From: Oceanispirochaeta sp.
GTDB lineage: Bacteria; Spirochaetota; Spirochaetia; DSM-2461
Direction: 5' to 3'
Length of the DNA: 64,000 bases
Assembly: GCA_963666275.2 (NCBI GenBank)
Contig: CAXXOA010000003.1
Coordinates: 96,001 to 160,000, forward strand
Below are positions 29,917 through 39,963 of the stretch, one piece after another. Under the pieces are notes generated by a model. The model ran no database searches and had not been told where the DNA came from. It saw nothing but the letters and a program-made list of their open reading frames with translations. Numbering within the stretch: position 1 is the first letter of the stretch; each line of letters starts with the position of its first letter. Position numbers and translations under genes: made by a program.

Positions 29917-29952
29917 CTGACAACTCCTCAAAAATACTAGTAATATTGTAGT

Positions 29953-29981
29953 ATTCTAGTTTCCCCGTCAGGTCCGGTCAA
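29953..29981 (-). promoter_or_regulatory. Sigma-70-type promoter of ldhA
   Basis: TTGACC-N17-TAGAAT on the minus strand. An AATACTA-N9-TAGTATT inverted repeat (29933-29955) lies over the expected start site. Confidence 0.65.
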
Positions 29982-30059
29982 TAGAACCTTCCGGATATTT
30001 TCCGGTAGTTCGGTTTTCGCTGCCGTGAGGGCCGGGAGGGAATCCCGGCGGATCTCTTT

Positions 30060-30491
30060 CTATTTCAATGCGCCTTTGAGGGCTTCAATCTTCTCAGGAT
30101 ACTCCGAATCTTTCAGGTAGACTTTTTCTTCAGGCATCATATCGAAGATATCACCCCATTTTGTTTTATCCCTGTATTTGGGAACAATATGGAAGTGGAT
30201 ATGGGGGCCTTTGTCACCAAAGGAGGCATAATTCAGTTTATCCGGCTGAAAGACCTCCTGAACAGCTCCTGAGGCCCTGGCAAGGTCGCCCATCAGGGCT
30301 GTCTGTTCTTCCGGTGTCAGCTGGAAAATCTCTCCTTTATGGCTCTTGTTGAACGCCAGGATGCAGCGTCCGGGATGGGTCTGTTCTCTGAAAAAATAGA
30401 GAGTGGAAACCTGAAGGTCCGCCACTTTGATCATAAGGTTATCTACCCTTTCATCCAGGGCGCAGTACATGCAGTTGGGATCTTTGCTCAT
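30060..30491 (-). CDS. HIT family nucleotide hydrolase
   Basis: 'CMYC' and histidine triad 'HIHFHIVP'. Confidence 0.9.
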   Translation of the reverse strand: MSKDPNCMYCALDERVDNLMIKVADLQVSTLYFFREQTHPGRCILAFNKSHKGEIFQLTPEEQTALMGDLARASGAVQEVFQPDKLNYASFGDKGPHIHFHIVPKYRDKTKWGDIFDMMPEEKVYLKDSEYPEKIEALKGALK

Positions 30492-30568
30492 AAGTCATCT
30501 TCTCCTTGTAATAATATCAGAATATCATACAAAACAGGAGAAGCAAACTTATTTTTACACTCTTTCCC

Positions 30569-31582
30569 TCAGGTGGATTCCCGTAAAATCATTCCCGTGG
30601 GGATTCGGATCTCCCTGTAGCTTCCTGTCTCTCCGTTGATCCGCTTGAGAAGAGTCGTGGCCACAGCCTCTCCTATACCGTATTTATCCTGACTTATGGA
30701 GGTGATGGATGTCCGGGGGGTGGTCAGCCAGAAGGTTTCATCAAAAGTGATAAAGGCCAGCTCTTCGGGAACCTGGATATCTTTCTGTTTTACATAGTTT
30801 TCCGCTCCCACCGCGGAGATAGAGTTGCCGCAGAACAGGGCTGTTACCTTTTTCTCTTCCACCAGATACCGGGCGGATTTATAGCCGTCGCCCGTCTTCT
30901 GATCGTACATGGACAAAGGAGCTCCCGATCCGAAACGGACAAGGGTGGGATCAAAGGCTATCCCATTATTTTCCAGAGCCGATTTGTAGCCCTGCAGTCT
31001 CTCTTCAATAGTCAGGTCCATGCGGGATCCGATGAAACCGATCCTCCGGTGGCCCTTGGTTATAAGAAGCTCCGTTCCCTTCATGGCCCCCTCGTGATTT
31101 TCCGACAGGATATAATCCTTTTCGAATCCCACCGGCTGCCTGTCAAAGAATACGGTCGGGCATTTATCGCCTATAAGATCGTTCATATAGGAGCAGTCAT
31201 TATTGACCGGAGCGATAATCAGGCCGTCCACATTCTGAATCAGGAGTTCGCTTATATTTTCCCTTTCCAGGTCCTGATCCTCGTCGGAGTTAATGTAAAT
31301 GAGGTGATAGCCGTTTTTACGTAGAATTTTATCAATGATAATGACCGAAATATCAAGAAAAAAGTAGTCTGACAAATTGGATACCACATAACCGATCGTT
31401 CTGGATGAACCGGTTCTGAGGGTTCTTGCAGCGCTGTGTACGTTGTAGTTCAGTCTCTCGATTGCCTGAAGAACTTTTTCTTTTGTCTCGGGTTTCACAT
31501 TTCTTGTCCCGTTAATCACATGGGACACAGTCGCTGTGGAAACTTCAGCCAACCGGGCGACATCTTTCATGGATGCACCCAT
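30569..31582 (-). CDS. LacI-family transcriptional regulator (close paralog of 18977-19987)
   Basis: 'MKDVARLAEVSTATVSHVIN'. Shares long blocks with the other LacI. Confidence 0.95.
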   Translation of the reverse strand: MGASMKDVARLAEVSTATVSHVINGTRNVKPETKEKVLQAIERLNYNVHSAARTLRTGSSRTIGYVVSNLSDYFFLDISVIIIDKILRKNGYHLIYINSDEDQDLERENISELLIQNVDGLIIAPVNNDCSYMNDLIGDKCPTVFFDRQPVGFEKDYILSENHEGAMKGTELLITKGHRRIGFIGSRMDLTIEERLQGYKSALENNGIAFDPTLVRFGSGAPLSMYDQKTGDGYKSARYLVEEKKVTALFCGNSISAVGAENYVKQKDIQVPEELAFITFDETFWLTTPRTSITSISQDKYGIGEAVATTLLKRINGETGSYREIRIPTGMILREST

Positions 31583-31703
31583 TTTTTTAAATTACTCCTG
31601 AATCAGGTTTTAAAGATGAGATTATTTTAGACCTATCTCCCGTGTTTAGCAATGGTACAGTTTTCCTGAGGTTGAAGGATGCCCCCCTTCCGGGGGGAGG
31701 ATG

Positions 31704-33791
31704 TTAAACTTTGAATTCTCCTATTACCTGTTCCATATTTCCTATATTCCGGCTTGTTTCCTCTGCCAGGGACGAAACAGTCTGGGCCGATGCATTTATC
31801 TGGCCCGCACCGGACGCCATTTCATCCATACTGCTCCTGAGGAGTTCGGTGATTCCGTTAAGATCATTCATGGCCAGGGCGGTTTTTCTGGTCTCTTCCT
31901 TCATCCTTTCGGAATTTTCCCTGACGCTGGAGCCGGATTCATTCATTAGCCTGATAGCTTCCAGGATCTGCCGGGAACCCTCTTTCTGTTCATTCATTGC
32001 CTGTTCCACCTGCTTTACCAGAGAATCGGTTTCAACTATTTCTGAAATTATGGTGTTGTAGGCCGCATCGGATTCCCTGGAAACATCGACGACTCTGCTG
32101 ATGGATTTTTCAATAGCAGACAGCTGGGCTCCAATTGTCCTGGACTGCTCGGTGGAGGTTTCAGACAGTTTTCTGATCTCATCTGCCACAACGGAAAATC
32201 CTTTGCCCGCCTCACCGGCATGGGCCGCTTCAATGGCAGCATTCATAGCCAGAAGATTTGTCTGAGAGGCAATCCCGGCGATCACCTGGTTGGCTTCCAT
32301 AAGCAGAGCCGACTGGGAAGATATTCCCTGTATATGACTGGCCGCCTCTTTTTGGGTTGTTCGCCCTTTTTCGGCTGACTGTATCAGTTGGGAAAAGCTC
32401 TGGGACATGGTCATCACATTCTGATTGACCATGTTGATGTTTCCCACCATTTCCTCAATGGAACTGGTCGCCTGAGCACTGCTGCTGACCTGGTTTTCCA
32501 CAGCCTTTTCCAGAGCCGAAACACTGCTGTTTATCATCTCTATAACAGATGCGACTGCTCCGGCGCTTTCACTCTGTTTTACCGTCTGGTTTCTGACTCC
32601 TTCGATGTTAGCCATTATCTGGCTGATAGCGCTGGCGGATTCCTGGGAATTGGTAGACAGCTCCATACCGATAGAGCTGAGGGAGTCCTGGGAATTTTTC
32701 AGTGAAGTGATAATGGTGTGCAGTTTTTCTATGAAATTATTGAAACCATTCACCAGCTGACCGATTTCATCATTCCGCTGCTTGAATGCAATCCTTTTGG
32801 TCAGGTCCGCATCCCCGGATGCTATGGTATTTATATTCCGGGAAATCAGCCTGATCGGGTTGGCAAGAGTCCGGCCGAGAAGTACGGCAGATACCAGTCC
32901 CAGAAGGATGCTTATAAGGCCGGTCAGTATCATCCTGCTGAAAAGTTTCTCCAGCGAAGCCAGAGCTGTGGATACAGGGATGCTTATAGCCAGAGTCCAG
33001 TCCAGATCTCCCACAGGGGTGTAGGCCAGGTATTTGGCCCTTCCGTCGAAGGTGTAGGCTCCGATGCCTTCCTCTCTGTTAATCATTTTTCTTATAATAG
33101 CTGCCAGATCTTCAAAGTCCGGATCTTTTTCGGCAGCAGCAAAGAGATCGAATTTTTTCTCAACCTCTGCAGGATCGGTATGAGCAATAGGATAGGGGTA
33201 ACGGGAAATCAGAAAGTTGGAGGAACCGGGTCCGTTATCAACACTTCTGAGCACTCCATTCAGAACCGAGGCCTGTTTCTGTCCGATCAGTGCCCCTTTC
33301 AGGTCACCATCCCGGAAGATCGGTACCGCCAGCAGGATCGTAAGCATACCTTCCTCTCCCTCTACCGCGCTGTAGACAGGGTCGGAAACGGCCGGTACCT
33401 TTTCTGTCAGTACTTTCTGAAGGTACTCTCTTTTTGAAAGATCCGCAGTTTTTCCCCCTTCCAGGTGAAGAATCCCGTTCAGATCTGCAGGAGACATGGA
33501 GTTGAATCCCAGTCTTTCAGACTCTTCTGCCAGAATCCTATAGGATTCGGGGGAGTAGTCCATATCAATAAACCGGGTTATGGCGCTCAGCTCCAGAAGC
33601 TGTTTGTTTATCCATGTCTCATATTCGAAAGAGAGTCTTCTGGCTTCGGAAAGGAGGCGCTTTTCCACTTCCTGCCTTGTGGTGTTTCTGGATTCGATAT
33701 AGGACAGGGAAATCAGGGTCAAACTGGTCACGAGGGACAGAAGCATAAACGCTCCGATCTGTTTCAGTTTAACTGAGAAATGAATTGTCAT
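31704..33791 (-). CDS. Methyl-accepting chemotaxis protein (dCache sensor)
   Basis: TM-dCache-TM-HAMP and '[35 protein letters not shown]'. Confidence 0.95.
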   Translation of the reverse strand: MTIHFSVKLKQIGAFMLLSLVTSLTLISLSYIESRNTTRQEVEKRLLSEARRLSFEYETWINKQLLELSAITRFIDMDYSPESYRILAEESERLGFNSMSPADLNGILHLEGGKTADLSKREYLQKVLTEKVPAVSDPVYSAVEGEEGMLTILLAVPIFRDGDLKGALIGQKQASVLNGVLRSVDNGPGSSNFLISRYPYPIAHTDPAEVEKKFDLFAAAEKDPDFEDLAAIIRKMINREEGIGAYTFDGRAKYLAYTPVGDLDWTLAISIPVSTALASLEKLFSRMILTGLISILLGLVSAVLLGRTLANPIRLISRNINTIASGDADLTKRIAFKQRNDEIGQLVNGFNNFIEKLHTIITSLKNSQDSLSSIGMELSTNSQESASAISQIMANIEGVRNQTVKQSESAGAVASVIEMINSSVSALEKAVENQVSSSAQATSSIEEMVGNINMVNQNVMTMSQSFSQLIQSAEKGRTTQKEAASHIQGISSQSALLMEANQVIAGIASQTNLLAMNAAIEAAHAGEAGKGFSVVADEIRKLSETSTEQSRTIGAQLSAIEKSISRVVDVSRESDAAYNTIISEIVETDSLVKQVEQAMNEQKEGSRQILEAIRLMNESGSSVRENSERMKEETRKTALAMNDLNGITELLRSSMDEMASGAGQINASAQTVSSLAEETSRNIGNMEQVIGEFKV

Positions 33792-33946
33792 TGTCTATTC
33801 CTTGGTCGTTTTGATATATTTTATGATTGCCAAAGAATAGATAAAAAATGATTCATTATCCAGAGTTGAAATCGCTAAAATGAACGAAAAAATAGAAAAA
33901 TACTTAAAACGTAATAGTTAAGGAATAAATCTACGGTTTTCGCTTT

Positions 33947-34522
33947 TCATGTGGTTCTGATTTTACCCGCTTTCAGCATCCTCTCTGTCATGGTACTGAC
34001 CGGGCAGACTGTACACCAGGTCCGGGGTTTGTAGAATACGGCGAAAAGGGTTCCCAGAATTGTGGAACTGAGCATCACCGAATACATTCTGAAAGAGAGG
34101 TGGAGCAGCCAGTCGGGTACAGAGGAGAAGGCTATGAGCTGGGGCAGGGCCACAGGAAGTTCAAAAAGGATAAACAGCCGGATCCTGTCGATAGGGGGGA
34201 TCTGCCCCTGATGGACCATCGTGGTGGAGAGACCGATAAACATGAGGTTCAGACAGAAATAGCTAAGGATCAGATTCTTGAGATTCGCCTTTTTCATCCA
34301 TTCGGGCATTTTCCTTTTACGGCTGATCCTTCCGAAAAGAGTCAGGAAGTCCGCCCGGGGGCAGTAGCCAGTACACCAGGCTTTCTTTCCGGTTTTTCCC
34401 GCCAGGACAAAGGGGGTCACCATGCAGGCCAGGGCAGACATGGCCAGGGTAATATTGATAAATCCCAGGGCAAAATAGAGCAGGGTTATCCAGTACAGCT
34501 GCCTGGAAAGGGAATGTTTCAT
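33947..34522 (-). CDS. Membrane 4Fe-4S-binding protein (NapH/MauN-like CxxxCP type)
   Basis: Hydrophobic segments with 'AWCTGYCP' and 'RTWCTVCP'. AGGAGG RBS before ATG 34522. Confidence 0.8.
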   Translation of the reverse strand: MKHSLSRQLYWITLLYFALGFINITLAMSALACMVTPFVLAGKTGKKAWCTGYCPRADFLTLFGRISRKRKMPEWMKKANLKNLILSYFCLNLMFIGLSTTMVHQGQIPPIDRIRLFILFELPVALPQLIAFSSVPDWLLHLSFRMYSVMLSSTILGTLFAVFYKPRTWCTVCPVSTMTERMLKAGKIRTT

Positions 34523-34541
34523 AGAGCCTCCTGGCAAATAA

Positions 34542-34578
34542 AATATATTATAAATAATATATTGTCAAATAACAATAT
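34542..34578. promoter_or_regulatory. AT-rich inverted repeats (candidate operator) upstream of the Fe-S membrane gene
   Basis: AATATATTAT-AA-ATAATATATT (34542-34563) overlapping ATATTGT-N6-ACAATAT (34559-34578). TTGACA on the minus strand at 34563-34568. Confidence 0.55.
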
Positions 34579-34590
34579 TTGAGGGGAGAT

Positions 34591-35307
34591 TTATGACTGG
34601 GATTCCTGATAGATCGAGACATCTCCGCTGATGGTTTTCTGCAGGGAAGACTGAAAGGTCCAGAGGGCTTCCTTTGTATTGCGTTTTTCAAAGCATTTAA
34701 AAAGTCTCAGGGTATTCTGATAGAGGGCCTGATTCCCATGACGGGCAAAATAGCGCTCCCAGAGACGCAGGGAGAGTTCCTTGAAGGAGAAAAAAATGAC
34801 TGGGAGAAAGGTATTTCCCGATATAATGCATATTTCGTGATGAAAAAGGAAAATCAGCCTGGCCGACTCGGATGCTGTATCGGACTCTCCGAACTGGACA
34901 AGCAGCTTTTTCAGGGCCTCCAGGCTCTCTTTGGTCATACGGGGCGTGGCCAGCTGAATAGCCAGTGTTTCAAAAGCCAGCCGGACTTCCAGAAGGGATT
35001 TCATTTCTGTATTTTTCATAACCCCTCCGTTGTAACGGAGTATGGCCAGGAGAGTTTCCACGGTTCCCTTCCGTTTGAAATCCGCCACAAAAGCGCCGAT
35101 CCGGGGTTTCATTTCAATAAAACCTTTGGCCGCCAGGTCGGATAAACCGGAATTGACCACACTGCGGCTGACACCCATTTTTTCGGCCAGTTCCCGCTCT
35201 GTGGGAAGCTGGTCTCCGATCGAGAGATTTCCGGAAAGTATCCGGTTTTCTATCTCTTTCACAAAGAGCTCCCTCAGCGAGGGGGATGATAATCGGGAGA
35301 AATCCAT
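34591..35307 (-). CDS. GntR/FadR family transcriptional regulator
   Basis: 'LPTERELAEKMGVSRSVV' wHTH and FCD domain ('LEVRLAFE', 'FHHEI'). Confidence 0.93.
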   Translation of the reverse strand: MDFSRLSSPSLRELFVKEIENRILSGNLSIGDQLPTERELAEKMGVSRSVVNSGLSDLAAKGFIEMKPRIGAFVADFKRKGTVETLLAILRYNGGVMKNTEMKSLLEVRLAFETLAIQLATPRMTKESLEALKKLLVQFGESDTASESARLIFLFHHEICIISGNTFLPVIFFSFKELSLRLWERYFARHGNQALYQNTLRLFKCFEKRNTKEALWTFQSSLQKTISGDVSIYQESQS

Positions 35308-35327
35308 TTTATTATTACCTCATTCGT

Positions 35328-35347
35328 ATTGGTACAGCCAGATACCA
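35328..35347. promoter_or_regulatory. Candidate FadR-type operator
   Basis: ATTGGTACAGCCAGATACCA contains TGGTA-N8-TACCA and a TGGT-N3-(G)CCA FadR-like core, just upstream of the gntR start. Confidence 0.5.
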
Positions 35348-35423
35348 GGATAAATCATTGAGAGAAGAATACTTCCTAATTTGAGGAATAACAAGAGAAT
35401 ATAGATCAATCGATAAAAAATTA

Positions 35424-35451
35424 TTGACAGTTCCATCGGGTGTGGTATTTT
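35424..35451 (+). promoter_or_regulatory. Sigma-70-type promoter of the Ni transporter-hypB operon
   Basis: TTGACA-N16-TATTTT with an extended TGn element. Confidence 0.55.
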
Positions 35452-35474
35452 TGAATCCTTGAGAAGGAGACGGG

Positions 35475-36140
35475 ATGGATCAATCTGTTTTTTTATTGCT
35501 GTCAGCCACTTTTTCGGTGGGTTTTATTCACACCCTGGCAGGGCCGGATCACTATCTGCCCTTTATTGCCCTTTCCGGGGCCCGGGGCTGGGCCGTGAAA
35601 AAGACCATGGGGGTTACTCTGTTATGCGGTCTGGGCCATATCGGGTCTGCTGTGCTGATCGCTCTGCTGGCCATGTCCATGGGGTTTGTTTTTGACAACC
35701 TTTCTGTGATTGAGTCATTCCGGGGGCAGCTGGCCTCGTGGTTTCTCATCAGCTTCGGTCTTGTGTATGCCCTGTGGGGATTGAAAAGGGCTGTGAGAAA
35801 GCAGGTTCACAGCCACGGTCATGGTTTATGTCCTCATGAGGGGCACGATCAGAGACGGGCAGTTTCGTGGGTTCTTTTCCTTATATTCATTTTCGGACCC
35901 TGTGAGCCGCTGATCCCGCTGATCCTCTATCCGGAGATTCTGGGAAACGGCCCGCATGTGCTGGCAGTTGTCCTGACCTTCGGACTTGCCAGCATCATCA
36001 CCATGCTCCTGATTGTGGGAGCTTCCCTCTACGGGGTGAAGCGGTTCTTCCGGATCCCTCTGCTGGAGCGGTTCGGCAATGCCCTGGCAGGGGGAGTCCT
36101 CTGTTCCTGCGGGCTGGCCATGGCTTTTCTGGGGCTCTAG
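35475..36140 (+). CDS. UreH/NiCoT-like nickel (or cobalt) transporter
   Basis: About 6 TM segments, 'HTLAGPDH', 'GLGH', His-rich loop 'HSHGHGLCPHEGH', 'GPCEP'. Lies directly before hypB. Confidence 0.75.
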   Translation: MDQSVFLLLSATFSVGFIHTLAGPDHYLPFIALSGARGWAVKKTMGVTLLCGLGHIGSAVLIALLAMSMGFVFDNLSVIESFRGQLASWFLISFGLVYALWGLKRAVRKQVHSHGHGLCPHEGHDQRRAVSWVLFLIFIFGPCEPLIPLILYPEILGNGPHVLAVVLTFGLASIITMLLIVGASLYGVKRFFRIPLLERFGNALAGGVLCSCGLAMAFLGL

Positions 36141-36170
36141 ATAAAAAAAAGGAAAAAACAGGAGTTATAT

Positions 36171-36839
36171 ATGGAGAAATACAGGGTCATTGAGATCAGA
36201 AAAAATGTTTTTGACAGTAATGACAGGGAAGCGGAAAAACTGAGACAGGAACTGAAAAAAGAGAAAGTTTTTCTTCTCAACCTCATGTCCTCGCCGGGAT
36301 CGGGGAAGACCTCAACGGTGCTGCAGACCATTGCCTCATTAAAGGACGACCTTTCCCTGGGCGTGCTTGAGGCGGATCTGGATTCAGACGTGGATGCCCG
36401 GAGTGTTTCTGAAACAGGGGTAAAGGTCCTTCAGCTCCATTCGGGGGGAATGTGCCATCTCAATGCGGATATGACAAGGCAGGGGCTGGAGGCCATGGGA
36501 GCCGATGATCTGGACCTTGTGATACTGGAGAATATCGGGAATCTGATCTGCACCGCCGAGTTTGACACGGGGGCCTCCAGAAATGCCATGATCCTGAGTG
36601 TTCCCGAAGGAGATGACAAGCCTTTGAAATATCCCGTGATGTTTTCCATGGCGGATGTCCTTCTTGTCAACAAGATTGATGCCATGGACTTCTTTAATTT
36701 CAGTCTGGAAAGGCTGACAGAATATGTGCGCAAACTGAATCCCGATATAAAGATTTTACCCGTTTCGGCTAAAACCGGAGAGGGAATGGATCAGTGGATC
36801 AGCTGGCTGAAAGAGGAGGTTACAGCATGGCAGAAATAA
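36171..36839 (+). CDS. hypB: Nickel-insertion GTPase HypB
   Basis: 'SSPGSGKT', metal 'CHL', 'ENIGNLIC', 'SVPEGDDKPLKYP', 'NKID', 'VSAKTGEG'. Confidence 0.95.
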   Translation: MEKYRVIEIRKNVFDSNDREAEKLRQELKKEKVFLLNLMSSPGSGKTSTVLQTIASLKDDLSLGVLEADLDSDVDARSVSETGVKVLQLHSGGMCHLNADMTRQGLEAMGADDLDLVILENIGNLICTAEFDTGASRNAMILSVPEGDDKPLKYPVMFSMADVLLVNKIDAMDFFNFSLERLTEYVRKLNPDIKILPVSAKTGEGMDQWISWLKEEVTAWQK

Positions 36840-39532
36840 CAGGATCAAGAGAGATCATCCTGGATCTTTCCAATCATATCAACAGAACTAAGAAAGGGGC
36901 CAAAAGGGCCATACAGTTCGGGGATCCTGAATACAGGATTCTGGAACCGGTTGTCACAGACGAAATGGCCAGGGTCGGTCTTTATCTGGAGCTTCGGAAT
37001 CCCAAAAGCGCGGCAGATGTGGCTCCCCTGTGCGGTCTGTCAGAAGACACCGTGGAAAAACTGCTCTGGGATCTGGCCATGGCGGGAGTCTGTTTTGTCA
37101 ATGAAATAGACGGTACTGACAAGTACTGGCTGGAAACCTGGATTCCCGGGGTTATGGAGATGATGGTCAACAACAAAGAGAATGTGGCCAGGTATCCCCA
37201 GATTGCCGAGGCCTTTGAAGCCTACGGCAGGGTCCGGGGTCCTATGTCCGCCGGGAACTTCCCTGTGGGAACCGGGCTTATGAGAGTGATCCCCATAGAA
37301 AAATCCATCCAGGGGGAAACCCGGAAAGCCTCGTATGAGGAGGTTTCCCGCTATCTGAATGAAAACTCCATTTTCTCCGTCTCCGACTGCGCCTGCCGGA
37401 CAGCCAGGGAGTCCATGGGCGAGGGATGCGGCCATCTGAAAGAGGATATGTGTATCCAGATGGGCCACGCGGCTGAGTACTATATCCGGACAGGACGGGG
37501 ACGGGAAGTCTCAAGGGAAGAGGCCTTTGAGATCATCCGCAGGGCCGAAGAGAACGGTCTGATGCACCAGATTCCCAACACTGACGGTTCGGGAAAAACC
37601 CATGCCATCTGCAACTGCTGCGGCTGTTCCTGCCTCTCTCTGAGAACCGCCGAAATGTTCATCAACTCCGATATGGTCCGGTCCAATTATGTTTCCACTG
37701 TGGATAAAGACAAGTGCGTTGCCTGCGGGGAGTGCGTGGAAGTCTGCCCTGTGAATGCCCTGAAACTGGGTGAGAAGATCTGTTCGGGGAATCCCCGGGA
37801 TATCCAGAGAAAGGAGACTCCCAATAATACAGAATGGGGAGAGGACAAATGGAATCCCGACTACAGGATCAACCGTCAGGTTGTGACCGAGACCGGTACC
37901 AGCCCCTGTAAGGCCGAGTGTCCCGCCCATATCGGGATTCAGGGCTACGTGAAGCTTGCCTCCCAGGGAAAATATACCGAAGCTCTGGAACTTATCAAAA
38001 CGGAAAACCCCTTTCCCGCTGTCTGCGGCAGGGTCTGTCCCCGGAAGTGTGAGTCCGCCTGTACAAGAGGAGACCTGGACGATCCCGTAGCCATTGACGA
38101 GATCAAGAAATTCATCGCCGAGAAGGATCTTCACAGTGAATCCCGCTATGTGCCCCGGATAAAAAACAGCTACGAAAAGAAGATCGCCGTGGTGGGAGCC
38201 GGACCTGCGGGTCTCTCCTGCGCCTATTACCTGGCCGTGGAAGGCTATAAAGTGACTGTTTTTGAAAAAGAGAAGGAGCCGGGGGGCATGCTGACAATGG
38301 GAATCCCCTCGTTCCGGCTCTCCCGGGATGTGATCCGGGCGGAGATTGATGTGATGAAGTCTCTGGGGATCGAAATCCGGACCTCTGTGGAAGTGGGAAA
38401 GGATATGACCCTGGATGAACTGAGATCTCAGGGATATGAGGCCTTCTACCTGGCCCCCGGCGCCCAGGCGGGAAGAACTCTGGGAATCCCCGGAGAGGAA
38501 GGGGAGGATGTTGAATCGGCTGTGGATTTTCTCAAGCGGATCAATCTTTCCTCCGGTGAAACCCTGACGGGGAATGTCCTTGTCATCGGCGGGGGAAATG
38601 TGGCCATTGATGTGGCCAGAACCGCTGCCCGCTGCGGCGGAGAGTCGGTGACCATGGTCTGTCTGGAGTGCCGCTCTGAGATGCCGGCTCTGGAAGAGGA
38701 GATCGAAGAGGCCCTGGCCGAAGGCATTGAAATCCGGAACTCCCTGGGGCCTGTCAGGATTATCCGCAAATTGGGAAAGGTCACGGGTGTGGAAATGAAG
38801 AAATGCCTTTCCGTTTTTGATGAAAACGGGCGCTTTTCTCCTCGTTTTGATGAAGAGGATACAGTTGTTATTGCGGTCGATCAGGTCATTGTGTCTGTAG
38901 GGCAGGGGATTGACTGGGGAACCATGCTGGAAGGTTCGGCTGTTGAGCTGAACGGGAATAACACTGTGAAAGTGGATCCCCGTACCTGTCAGACGGCTCA
39001 GCCGGATATATTTGCCGGCGGGGATGCCCTGACAGGGCCGCAGTTTGCCATAGACGCCATTGCTCTGGGCAAGGAGGGCGCCCAGTCCATTCACAGGTTT
39101 GTCCATCCCGGACAGAGCCTTGTGTACGGCAGGACCCTGCGGGACTACAAAGCCCTGGACAAGGAGAACCTGCAGCTCTCCGGCTATGACCGCATGCCCC
39201 GGGAAAAGGCGGCAAATCCAGTGGGAAAAGACTCTGTCTCCTCCTTTCAGGATCTGAGGGGGATCTTTTCGGAGGAGCAGATTAAAAAAGAGACCGAACG
39301 CTGCCTGGGATGCGGGGCTACCGTGACGGATCCCTACCTCTGTGTGGGCTGCGGCGCCTGTACTCTGAAGTGCCGTTTTGATGCGATCTCACTGAAGAAG
39401 CAGTACGATGCGGAAGGACTGGTTCTGATGGATATCCGGCCTGCGGTTATGAAGCACGCGGTAAAGAGGAAGCTCCGTATCACTGTGAACAAGCCCGTGA
39501 AGGCTGTGAAAAGTCTTCTGGATCGTCCCTGA
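36827..39532 (+). CDS. Large FAD/NAD(P)H-dependent Fe-S oxidoreductase (Cys-rich N-terminal domain + ferredoxin + GltD-like module)
   Basis: 'DCACR', 'ICNCCGCSC', 'CVACGECVEVCP', 'PCKAECP...CGRVCPRKCESAC', 'VGAGPAG', 'GGGNVAID', 'RCLGC...CVGCGACTLKC'. GAGGAGG RBS overlaps the end of hypB. Confidence 0.88.
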   Translation: MAEITGSREIILDLSNHINRTKKGAKRAIQFGDPEYRILEPVVTDEMARVGLYLELRNPKSAADVAPLCGLSEDTVEKLLWDLAMAGVCFVNEIDGTDKYWLETWIPGVMEMMVNNKENVARYPQIAEAFEAYGRVRGPMSAGNFPVGTGLMRVIPIEKSIQGETRKASYEEVSRYLNENSIFSVSDCACRTARESMGEGCGHLKEDMCIQMGHAAEYYIRTGRGREVSREEAFEIIRRAEENGLMHQIPNTDGSGKTHAICNCCGCSCLSLRTAEMFINSDMVRSNYVSTVDKDKCVACGECVEVCPVNALKLGEKICSGNPRDIQRKETPNNTEWGEDKWNPDYRINRQVVTETGTSPCKAECPAHIGIQGYVKLASQGKYTEALELIKTENPFPAVCGRVCPRKCESACTRGDLDDPVAIDEIKKFIAEKDLHSESRYVPRIKNSYEKKIAVVGAGPAGLSCAYYLAVEGYKVTVFEKEKEPGGMLTMGIPSFRLSRDVIRAEIDVMKSLGIEIRTSVEVGKDMTLDELRSQGYEAFYLAPGAQAGRTLGIPGEEGEDVESAVDFLKRINLSSGETLTGNVLVIGGGNVAIDVARTAARCGGESVTMVCLECRSEMPALEEEIEEALAEGIEIRNSLGPVRIIRKLGKVTGVEMKKCLSVFDENGRFSPRFDEEDTVVIAVDQVIVSVGQGIDWGTMLEGSAVELNGNNTVKVDPRTCQTAQPDIFAGGDALTGPQFAIDAIALGKEGAQSIHRFVHPGQSLVYGRTLRDYKALDKENLQLSGYDRMPREKAANPVGKDSVSSFQDLRGIFSEEQIKKETERCLGCGATVTDPYLCVGCGACTLKCRFDAISLKKQYDAEGLVLMDIRPAVMKHAVKRKLRITVNKPVKAVKSLLDRP

Positions 39533-39542
39533 GTGCCCGGTT

Positions 39543-39884
39543 ATGCATGAACTGGGGGTTATTGCGGAGGTTGTCAAAACCGTTGAGGACATTGTCCGGG
39601 AACAGGGCCTGACAGAGGTGGAAGCGCTGGTTCTCCAGATAGGAGAGCTTTCTTCCATCATTCCCCGGTATGTGGAGGACTGCTATCCTGCGGTGGTGGA
39701 CGGCACCCTGCTGGAAAAGACCCGTCTGGAGATTGAGATCCTCCCGGCCAACGGGCGCTGCCGGTGCTGCGGAAAGGTTTTTCATATAAAGTCAGCCGGC
39801 GGGTTGTGTCCGGACTGTCATATAGAGGACTGGGAGCTCCTGGGTGGCCGGGAGTTCCTGATAAAAGAGATTCTGGCCTGCTGA
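39543..39884 (+). CDS. hypA: Nickel metallochaperone HypA
   Basis: N-terminal 'MHE' Ni motif, Zn CxxC pairs 'CRCC' and 'CPDC', 'GREF'. Confidence 0.95.
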   Translation: MHELGVIAEVVKTVEDIVREQGLTEVEALVLQIGELSSIIPRYVEDCYPAVVDGTLLEKTRLEIEILPANGRCRCCGKVFHIKSAGGLCPDCHIEDWELLGGREFLIKEILAC

Positions 39885-39963
39885 CAGGGATCCTGCCGCC
39901 GGCTCTGGTTTTGTGAAAATACGGCTGGATCAGCCGAAGGAATTGGTTTTAAGGAGTTTTATT

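Noticed and set aside
37511..39106. 531-aa ORF on the - strand
   Set aside because: Antisense shadow of the Fe-S oxidoreductase. The same applies to 49724-51172, 53875-55188, 4904-5950 and the many other short overlapping ORFs.
36171..39884. A [NiFe]-hydrogenase locus
   Set aside because: No large or small subunit motifs and no hypCDEF in the window; only hypA and hypB.
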